From contig OZ199838.1 in the NCBI GenBank assembly GCA_964304625.1, forward strand, positions 11,818,324-11,882,323: a DNA stretch of 64,000 bases. Direction: 5' to 3'. The translations under genes were made by a program, and so were the position numbers. Below are positions 27,876-38,759 of the stretch, piece by piece. Positions within the stretch are counted from its first letter, which is position 1; every line of letters begins with the position of its first letter. The stretch is from Kudoa neothunni (lineage: Eukaryota > Animalia > Cnidaria). The notes beneath the pieces are model-generated. The model had not been told where the DNA came from and did no database searches. It worked only from the letters and a program-made list of their open reading frames with translations.

Positions 27876-29437
27876 GTCTTATTCACTAGTTTCTGTGATG
27901 TAAAACGATCTAACTCCGAGTGATTTTTTCTCTGTTTCATTGTCATACTGACCTTTGACCGAACCTATTTGTCCTTGTATTGATAAAATCTATACTTTAG
28001 TCATGTTACATTTGTGATGATTTCCATCTTATTTGCTTCGAGCTGATGCGTGCATATGCTGAAACTGACTAAATATTATTATTGGATTAATCGTATTCAG
28101 ATTTTCTTCCATCTTTCAATTAAGTCCCAATTTAAAAATGAACCGATTTAAGGTTTTATGTCTAGAAAATTACAATTAATTATTAATGTTATGATATGTC
28201 TGTGAAACTATATTAAATAATTTATCCTTAAGCAGTAGTATAAGATGCAAATCTTCAGTAATGTATTAAGTCTCGATATTGAGTAATTTAAAGTTTATCT
28301 TCTATAAATTTATTTAAGTGCGTCTTTTGTCAGTAGTTATCCAAAATAATCGACAATAAATATTTTAATGAAAAAATGTGATACATTTTATAAAAAAATC
28401 GATTTCATCAGAAATTTTCGTATTTGCACGCATATAACCAAAATAATGAGAATGAGTAATAATAATAATAACGAGCTGCAAGAGTGTTCAAGTTAAAAAA
28501 TCAACAATCTTTCTGACGCGCTAGGAGAATCATTGCAGAAAATTGAAGAATCATGTATTTAAGGGATCATTACGAAACGAATCCAAATTTTTAAATTAAA
28601 TTGATGAGGATTTAGGATTATTTCATCTGCTGATTGTTTCGGATATTACAAAAAACGCTCCGTTTTCTCGTAAGGAACCTAAATAAAGACATTAAATTAG
28701 AATAAAACATTTACATATAGTAATATTATTTTTATTTTCTCTGTGCCGAAATAAAATATATTTCATTATTGTAAGTCAATGTTGACGAACAAATTTGACA
28801 AAATGACGAAATAGCTTGGAAACTCCGATATTACTCTATAGATAATTTTAGGTCCATTGATAAAACCAATGCAAAGAGTTTATATTTTTTATGGCCGATG
28901 AAAATAGAAATAACTTCGAGTTATCCCAAAATTAATTCAATAATAAATGTTTTTGATCAAAAATATTTTTTTTAAAATAACCTCTCAAAATTCTTTCTTT
29001 TTAAAATTGATAAATTATACACAGATTTATTGAGTAATCATAAGTTTAAACGATTATTTTCTTCTCTATTTTTTATCACAACTTTGTGTCCCTATTTGAG
29101 TGTTAGCGCCACGTGACCATTCATAGGGAGTTATTTCGCAAATTGCATATAATCAAAGTATGTATCTTTAACAAATTAAAAAGTCTCATTTTAAATCTCT
29201 AACTTTTTAGATGAGTACGCGAAAATTTAAGTGTAAAATTATTTCCAATAAATATGATTTTTGTACTAAATAATTTGATATGACATAAATTTTAATTGAA
29301 AAAAGTTAAAATAAAATTAAGTAGAGAATTTTCATTAACAATGAATAAAGGATTTTAAAAAAATTCTTCTCAAACTGACTCGCGCATCGTGTGTTAATTC
29401 TCATATTTTTCGCGTGCATTCCAATTTGTTTATCTTA

Positions 29438-31343
29438 ATGTTGCTTTTAAAACATTTTTCGAGAAGAATACATTATGATTATGTGATTTGCGGAGGTGGA
29501 TCGAGCGGTTTGGCGTTGGCAAATAGAATAGGTTTTTTATCAACATTCAAATTCTAACCTTTTTTAAGCTGTTAGCAATTATCTGAAAGAAAAAAAAGTG
29601 TTGGTTATTGACAAAGGAAAGGGATTAGATCTTAATGTGAAACATTCCTTTCCCGAAACAATTAATCGAGTGTTTTTAACTAACCCTAGATCAGTTGAAC
29701 TTTTTAAAAGTATGTCTCTTTATTTATTTATCTGTCTATCGTTCCTTTATTTCTCCGATATAATAGCGATCGGGATATGGGATGAGCTCGAAAAAACTGC
29801 TTCAAACCCTATTCGAAGAATAGAAGTTGTTTTTTATATGTAAAGTTGCAACTGAATGTATTCTGAAACCAGATTTGGGACGAATATACTGGAAATCTTG
29901 ATTTTAACCCTCTTGATAAAAGCTCAAACTTATGTTACATGATTGACAACGCTGTTCTTCAGATCATACTCTACAAAAAATTTTTATCATTTGTCTCAAA
30001 AAAAGCACATTCTCACAAACTTAAAACTCATATAACCTATTTGAAATCATTCACAGTATTGTGATTGTTATGTTTTTACGACTGTAAAGACTTTAAGGGG
30101 GATAAGAACCATTTGGAAATCGGTCTTTCAGATGGCTCATTTGTAACAGCAAACTTGCTTGTATGTTTTGTGACAATGCTTGATGAACCTTTAATATCTC
30201 TATAGATTGGTTGTGATGGTGCTAATTCTAAAGTGAGAGAATTCGCACAAATCGATACCTTAACACATGATTACAACATTACTGATCATGTTGGAACCAT
30301 CAAATATATTCCAGTAATTGTTGGCGCTCTTTTTTGACTTTTTTATCGTTTCATTAGAATGACGATGGGTTCATAACGTTCAAGAAAATCACCAAAAATG
30401 GATTTGTTGCCTTCCTTACGGTATTGAATTTTGTCGATTGTAATTTTATCTTTGTTTCTTGTGATAGCTAAGTCCTGGAGTTGCTTCGTTGTCTTGGTGT
30501 GTTAATAATCCATTTGGTGCTGAACTTAGCACGATGGATGATAAAGAATTCATAGACGAGCTCAATAAAATTTTAGTAAATCTTTGTTAATTATTGAAGG
30601 TGTTTGATTTATTTGGCTATTTGAAGGCCAGAAAATCAGATATCCCACCTATTCTAAGTTCATGCAGGAATATGTTTGATAATTTGTGGATGGGATTGAA
30701 ACCTGGTAGGTCTTAAGACTTTTATTGTTACACTTGCTGATTTAAATTGCTTAGGAATGCATGGGTCACATATGAGCGATTTTAATTATAGACCGATAAA
30801 AGTTGATTCCATTATTGCCGGTTCCAGGTTGTCGTACCCACTCAGATTGATTCTTGCAAAAACTTTTGTGAAGAATAATATTGTTCTCGTTGGGTAATAG
30901 AGTCATCAACAAATTATATAAATCTAAAAATTGGATAGCGATGCAGCTCATCGTCTAAACCCCATAACTGGACAAGGTTTGAACCTGGGACTTCGAGATG
31001 TTGAAGAACTTGTTACTATTCTTGAAAAAACTCAACTTAAAGGATACAATAATTGTTAATTTAATCCATTTCCAATTCCAACTACTGCTAATATTCAAAC
31101 TATAGATTGTCCTTCACTTCTTCAAAACTATAACAACTACAGACGACTTGAAACTTTGATGCACGCTGGATTTGGAACTGCAACCAATTATCTTTTCGCT
31201 AACGATATCAAATTAGTTGGCTTGTTTCGCTCATTTGGTCTAAATGTTGCCAACATATTACCCTTTAAAGTGATTGCTATTTACCAATGCTCCTTACATT
31301 AATTTTCATTTAGGATTCAATTGTGAACAAATGTATTGGATAA
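29438..31343 (+). CDS. COQ6: Ubiquinone biosynthesis FAD-dependent monooxygenase COQ6-like, copy a (many short introns)
   Basis: YDYVICGGGSSG (GxGxxG); RVFLTNPRS; GIWDEL; YMIDNAVLQ; LIGCDGANSKVRE; VLVGDAAHRLNPITGQGLNLGLRDV; stop 31341-31343. Confidence 0.8.
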
Positions 31344-31689
31344 ATTATTTATAATTTTAAATTTTTCGCATAACGAAATTTCTCGTTTATTACAACTGAA
31401 CCGTCATATGATTCACTAATTTTTTACTTAAGTTAACCCTTCATTTTTACATCTATTTTATCCATGTAATTTTATGTAAGTTAAAGAAACCTTAGAAATA
31501 TATTTAGTAGTATTTAACAGTCTAATATCCTTAATTTTCGTATATCTTAGATTTACCATATTAATTTAATTTAAACGAAAGCTTAACAACAGGTATCGTT
31601 AATGTTATGGCATATTTTGAACATGCAATTTTCAATTAAAATCAATTTAAACCGTCGAATTGGAAGAAAATAGCCGGTTTTTATTTGTT

Positions 31690-32568
31690 ATAACCGAACA
31701 AAATCAATATTCGTCAAAGGAAAGCGTTTGAATGTGGGAAGGAAACAACGTGAATTGATTAATTACTTGGTGGAATGGAACACTTACGAAGCTATTGGGG
31801 ATTTCCCGGTTTGTAAATATTGCATAGGACTTAACGAATTTTCCGATATACGATCTGATAGCCTTAATATGCCTAACTTTTCATTAAATTTTTTAACTAA
31901 TGCTCTTACTCCGTTATGTGATTTCTCAAAATTAATACAACAAACGACAATTTTACATCATGGATCTTTGATCCGATAAAGGATGACTTTCTAAGTAATG
32001 GAGATCATTTGGTCGAAAATTGCAAAGGTATTATTGGCTTTGTTCCATTTAAATCTTGAAACAATTTTATATTTAAATTTGAAAATTTGTGTGATGCCAC
32101 AAACGAAAAAATTGATCGATAAATGCTCAGAAATTTTGATTATCTTTATTACTTTTTAGAAGGTGAAAAGAAGATTGAGGTTAATAACAAATACTACATG
32201 TTATGTAAAATGATAAAAGATTCAACTCAACCCTCAAAGATTGATTCCTGAAATAAAGTGTGGAATGCTTGTCCCACTCTTTAGAGACTTTATCAAGATA
32301 TATTGATGCTACCAGTTTCCTCTATTAATGTTGAAAGCAGTTTCTCAAGATTGCAAAATATATTTGGAAAAAAAGGATCAATCTTTTTGATGGGAGCCTG
32401 GCAGTGCTCTAAATACTCGATTTTAATGGTCCATTATAACTAAACTTAAAGTTATTGGATCTATTTTTTTGTTAATTATGATTTTTTTTCCAAAATAAAA
32501 GCCGATAAAAATCGAATTAAATTTTTTTTATTTCGGTCAATAAAAACCGTCGAAAATCACCAACCCTA
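31690..32568 (+). mobile_element. Degenerate hAT-like transposon remnant between the COQ6 copies
   Basis: Broken reading frame with a dimerisation-domain-like LMLPVSSINVESSFSRLQNIF (~32300-32365). Ends in CACCAACCCTA, a TAGGG-type terminus. The left end was not located. Confidence 0.5.
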
Positions 32569-34088
32569 GTTATAAGTAGGCGTCATAATTTTAAACGATT
32601 ATGTTTAAAAAATTCGACGTTATTTTAAAAACTGCCGCATGCGTAACAAAAAAGTTTTTTTACCAAGCTCGGGGTTGTGGAAAAAATATTAATATAACTT
32701 TTTTATAAAATTTTCCTCTGGAATATAATATTTAACTCATTCGCTCAAACGTTAGGTTTAATTTATAACTTTGGATAAAATGCTTCAATTTCGGAAAACT
32801 TCTTTCCATCGCTATAGGTGATAGCGGTATAAGCACCAAATCTTGGCCTACCCTAGGCACTATGAAATACTTTGATTTGTTTATTCTTTAAATCCGAGAT
32901 CTATCATTTTATCATTTCTATGGAGTGAAAGTTTCAACAACTCTTGTTGAGGAATTCTCGATGATCGACGTTAACCAATGTTGATATATTTTTTAGGTCA
33001 TTTCCTCATTTAAACCTGTTTATTCAGGCTATATAATTGTAAATCCGTTTTCCCTTGTTGCCCATAAATAGACGCAAAATAATCAAAGAACTCTCTCGAT
33101 TTTAACCGAAAAATTTAAAAATACTTAAAAAATTAGACGGTTTTCGATTTAAATCGATTTTAGTCGTTTTAAATCGTCAATTGTTTTTAAAAGTTTCGAC
33201 GTTTATTATACGAGAAAATTCGAAATCTTCCAATAAAATTGAAAGGGGTAGTAACCGAAGAGAGAATGATATTTTCTTGATGAATGGATAGACATAGAGA
33301 AGATGGAAAATGAATTAGTCTGTAAATATTGTAAAGTGGAATTATCTCTACTTCAAAATTGAACTTACAAGGAAATAAAATCAAAGAAACATTCTTCGTT
33401 AAAAATGCGTTTCGAGACACTTCTCTGCCAGTTAATTTTTAATGATTTAAAAAATGGCAACATTGTGAGAAATTTGGTCTCTGTTATTGTTCTCGCCATC
33501 TTCTCCTATGGTTATTCGATAAGAAAACTTTTTTGTGGTGATACCGTTCCAAATTTTTATAATTTAAATGCTCAAACTAGGGCACATGTGCCTAGTTTGA
33601 ACTAACCAAAATAAACGTCGAAAACTACGATCTCTAGCTATAAATTATAGAACAGCTTTAGTTATAGCATTAGATTTAATTTATATCATTAGATTTTACT
33701 ATCCTGCCCTGTTATGAATATTTTTCTGGAGCAATCTTCCTAATCACGCACGCACGCATGCGCACATGAAATTGATATTTTCCGGAATTATGTGTTTTTG
33801 AATAAGTAATTGAGTTTAATTCCTTTATATCATATTAAATAACATAATAATTAATTTTAAGAACACGATTATTTAGCTCTTGGGCCACATGTGCAAATGC
33901 GTCTTACGAAGCAAGATTATTTTTTCATCATGTTATTCATATTATTACTAAGTTAATGATTCCTAATAATTGTAAAAAATGTAACGTTAATAATGATACC
34001 ATAAAAATATTGTTACCGATGTAGTAATTATAAAAAACAAATTTAACCCCTTTATAAGAATAAGCGCACGCATCCCAGAATACGCAAA

Positions 34089-36123
34089 ATGAATTTGATT
34101 AAAAAATTTTGTAGAAATATTCATTATGACTACGTGATTTGTGGCGGAGCGTCAACAGGACTTGGCCTGGCCAATAAAATAGGCATTATTGGATCACCCA
34201 CATGATTAATTTGATAACTGTCATTAGCACAAAGTCAATATTTGAAAAATAAAAGATTACTTTTGATCGAAAAAAGTGATGGAATTGATTTTAATAAAAA
34301 GCACAACTTTCCCCGAACTGTTAATCGAGTGCTGTGCACAAATCCAAAAACAGTAGATCTATTTAAAGGTAACGTTTGAAGTACACACGCCTTTATTAGT
34401 TTTAATTTTGAATCATTATAAAGAGCTCAATATATGGGATGAACTTTCGAAATGCGCTGTCCATCCCAGTAAACGTATTGAAGTAATAAAATTCACAGTG
34501 ATATTAGTAGTTCGGTAAATGCGAACATTTATAGATTTGGGACGAATACACTGGTCTCCTTGAATTTAAGCCCATAACAAACGATTATTATCTTTGTTAC
34601 ATGATCGACAATGCTGTCCTTCAAACCTTGTTGTATAAGAAATTTTTGGGTTACGTGTCCGCGAAAAGGCACGACCTAATGTTAAACACTAGCATCGATT
34701 CAGTTCAGCGCTTTAAGGTACAAATTTGATTTTAAACATGAAATTTAATAGCATGTTTATAAAAATAAAAAGATGCTTTAAAACTATAAAATTTCTCATC
34801 TATTTTAATTGTTTAAATATTAAATATAGGAAAATAATGTGGATCGTATCGAGTTAAGGTTAAGTGACGATTCTACTGTTACTACGGATTTGTTGGTGGG
34901 TGTTCATATGACTATTAGATTGAATAAAAAATTACTTAGATTGGTTGTGATGGTGCTATGTCTCGAGTGAGAGAATTGGCTGAAATTCCCACCTGGACAC
35001 ATGATTACAACATGAGTTTGCATGTTGGTACCGCCAAGCATTCAAATGTAATTGGGCTATATAATTTTTATTGACATTTACTTATTTTTAAGGATGTCAA
35101 TGGAGATTATTACATTTAAAAAATTTACATCCAATGGATACGTAGCATTTCTACCTGTAATTCAACAATTTATTTAAACAATCTGACGCATTGAACAAAA
35201 ATTTTTTAAACATTATTAACGATTTTCTAAATAAATGCTACTGTATATAGCTGGGGTCCGGTTAATACATCATATGCTTGGTGTGTAAATGATCCAGAAG
35301 GGGATCGATTGGATCTTTTGGATAGTGTGGCATTGACTAATGTGATGAATGAATATTTGGTATGGATTATTTTGTCAAGGCTTACTTTACTTGACGGTAG
35401 GCGAGAAAATGTGAAATGTCGTCAATCTATTCTAAAGGCAAATCATTTTTGGACAATGTTATCATGGGATTAAAACCTGGTGCGGATATTTTCATTTCAG
35501 CAAATAAATAATTAATTACATTTAGGAAAACATGCCTCACTGTTAAGTGATTTCAATTATCGACCTCTTTTTATTGAATCTATTGACCAAAATTCGCGTT
35601 ATTCCTTCCCATTGAGACTTATATTGGCTAAGCAATATGTTAAAAATAATATAATTTTGGTTGGGTAAGTATATATATATATATATAGTTTTTGCTGATG
35701 ATTTGATATTATTAAAAATAAGAGATGCCGCTCATCGTATCAATCCAATTACGGCGCAAGGATTAAATCATGGTTACAAAGATGTTGTACAACTCACCAA
35801 ACTCTTAGAAGATACTCATTTACTTGGTTTCAATAACTGTAGCTTTATTCGTATAAAACAACGACACTTATCTAACTTATATTACTTAAGACAATGCAAA
35901 GTTTTTAAAAAAATATGATAGAAGAAGAAAGCTCGACGTGGCTTTGCATGTGGGATTCGGATCTATCACCAACTATGCATATGCAAACGACATAAAATCA
36001 TTGACGTTTGTTAGGTCGTTTTTCCTACATGCTGCTAACAAATTCCCATACAAAGTAACTTTATGATGTATTGTTTAGTCAGCTGTATTTTAGAATTCAA
36101 TTGTTCACAAAATTACATGCTAA
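34089..36123 (+). CDS. COQ6: COQ6-like monooxygenase, copy b (divergent tandem paralog, matching exon structure)
   Basis: YDYVICGGASTG; RVLCTNPKT; YMIDNAVLQ; LIGCDGAMSRVRE; ILVGDAAHRINPITAQGLNHGYKDV. Introns fall at the same positions as copy a where checked; stop 36121-36123. Confidence 0.78.
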
Positions 36124-36357
36124 ATTATCGCCTTGGTTATTTTCTCCACCCTTTGAAATTGAAAGTTTTAATAATGTAGATTGATAACTCGATTATGAAT
36201 ATATTTATTATTGAAATAATTATACATCTATTGTGGGAATAATAATTTTTTCATCTTATGGATAAAATCACCTATTTTTAAAGCAATAATTTTGTTGCAA
36301 CGGGTAAGAAACAATTTTTTTTGAAAACGAAGAAAATATTAATTTTAAAGTAAAAGT

Positions 36358-38681
36358 TTATTTGCTGCTTTTGATTGATAGCACCGTTATCACTATTATG
36401 ATAGCCAAGATAAACAGACTAGCTAGGACCCTATAACAACGTTATCTACCACCATGATTAATAACAGACTATTTACATCCACCAGTTGTCTTCGATCCAT
36501 GTTCTAAATTGATAATTAAATATACGATATTATATTTAACGTAACACTTACGATTTTGCGGGAGCTAAAAATATAATATTAATAAACAATAGAATAAGAA
36601 TGTTTAATGGTATTCCAAACATAAACAGAAAATTAATCGGCAACATGTCATTAAATTTATTGTTTGGAAAATTATAATGAGAGTAATTTAGAAAAGTTAC
36701 AAGTGAGAAAAAATTTGGTTGGAAGACTGTAGAATTGAGCTTCAGCCACCACTGTATATGAAGTTGATTCACTCAACCCATAAATAAACAAGTATGATCC
36801 ACAGGAATACGAACAATCTTCTTTGCTCTCACAGCGCGCAACAATCAGATCAGCCTTGGTCCTGGGATCGGTTTTGTAAATTTTGAAATTGCACACCGTA
36901 GAAATTTCGGAATGTTGCAGATTGAATGCTAGACGTAGTTTTGTGCCATCGATCCACAGCGAGGAACTTTTTAAGGTTTCATATTGAGACACTTAATTTT
37001 TTGTTATTTAGAATTTGAAATGAGTTTATGGATAAATATGTTAATAGATAATTACATGTAGTTGCAGCTATGTCGATGCTACTGGGTGCGTAATAATTCA
37101 ATGGCTCTAGTACAATCGTGTATTTGGTTTTTGGAGTCAAAACTCCCATAAAAAATCCGTTAGAACAGAGATTAACACAAGGAAAACCAAATGAACATTG
37201 AATATTATCTAGAAACGCTTCAGTGCCTGTTTTCTTGACTTTAAGTTGACATAATGCATCCTTTATTTGAGAGTCAACTTTTATATTCAATTGTGCATAT
37301 TGTTTGGATGGATGTATCGTATAGTCAAGTTTTGGTAGTCCCACTAAGGTTAGATGTCGATTAATTATAACGAAACTAATTAATCACCTGTTTCGAATGA
37401 TGTATATGAAAACTGGTTTTCGGTGTGTTCAACTTCAACTATGTACTTGGTTTTTGGTAGAAGATTTTCCAGTTTTAAGTCAACACAGGTGTTGGTGCAT
37501 TTTTGCTTACCATCTTTTCCGCAAATTCTCTTTCGCCCGCTCTTCGGGTAGCCAAAATGATAGAGAGTTACTTCACATCGAGTATTATCATCCACCTTCA
37601 ACGATGACATATTCAATGTAACGGAACTTTGAGTTATTGCCGTAACCTCAATGATATTCTTATCAGCTTTATTCAGATTAATGATTTAGAATTACTAATT
37701 TCAATTACAGTTTAGTTCTACTATGTAGGGATCCTTATCATGGCGTGTGTTTATTGATACTGTGAAAATACCATTTGCTGGACTTATTTTCATCTTGACG
37801 TGTGTACATGGTCTGAAACATTTGTTCGGAGTTGAAGTTGAATTAATAAAGCAATCTTCAACATAGTTAGAGGTAGATTTCCCTCCTTGTTTTATTTTAA
37901 ATTGACATATATCGTCAGGTTTAGGATCGTGAAAATGAATAACTAGACTATCTGTTACACCGGAAGTTTTATTTAGAGAAATGGCAAATTTTCTAGGTCC
38001 TTCTGGAATCATCAACTCCGTGTTGGCGTAGTCGAAGAATACGTTCGCCTCAGACGTTCCACAGAATAACTCTAGGGGAAAATTCGACGGTCGTCTATAC
38101 GTAGCCGATAGCTCGTAGTATCTCCCACAGTTAACATTAGCAGGAATACTATCCAAAACTATATGTTTATGTCTGATTTGGCATGTTGTTGAAAACTGGC
38201 AATTTTTCTTCACTTTAAAGTAGACATTGTCTTCTATCAATTTGGGAACCACATTTGGTGGCTTGGGAAAGTCTATTTTATAATATTAAACTCTTATAGA
38301 AACAGAATTATATTACTGTTTTCTACATAAATATAATGTGTTGACTTTTTTGATTTAATTGACATGTAGTATGATGTTTGAGCTTTGTTAGTTTTAACCG
38401 ATACTTCATCACGACAATCCACCGTACAAAATGGTAAAATTCCACATCGTACGTCTTCATATTGAGCTACGTTATCGGTTACACTAAGTAACTTTATCGT
38501 GCATGATGTTTTTGCCGTCCCTCTCAATCTCAAGTAAATTGTGTCACTCCCAGCAATTCGTTCTACCATATACTGATGCAGACAAACTAAGAATAAGGTA
38601 GCTAAACTACGATTTAATTCAGTTATATGTACCTTGTTTGACACAAAACAATGACCATATCAACCACAACCATAGCTCCAT
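36358..38681 (-). CDS. Gene A1: type I membrane protein with Cys-rich and three 4-Cys FN3-like domains
   Basis: Signal exon MELWLWLIWSLFCVKQ. FN3-like LENLLPKTKYIVEVE, LTPKTKYTIVLE and GLSESTSYTVVAE. 13-nt microexon 36552-36564, then a 27-nt exon (TWIEDNWW) and TM exon VLASLFILAIIIVITVLSIKSSK*. Confidence 0.8.
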
Positions 38682-38759
38682 CGTATTTTTTATTTAATAT
38701 AAAGGGATAAAAATTCAAAGGTCTAGGATTAGATTAATACAGACTAAAGATCCTATAGA

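Noticed and set aside
30040-30110. Apparent intron sliding between COQ6a and COQ6b
   Set aside because: Using the AAG acceptor at ~30097 puts the intron at the same codon boundary as in copy b.
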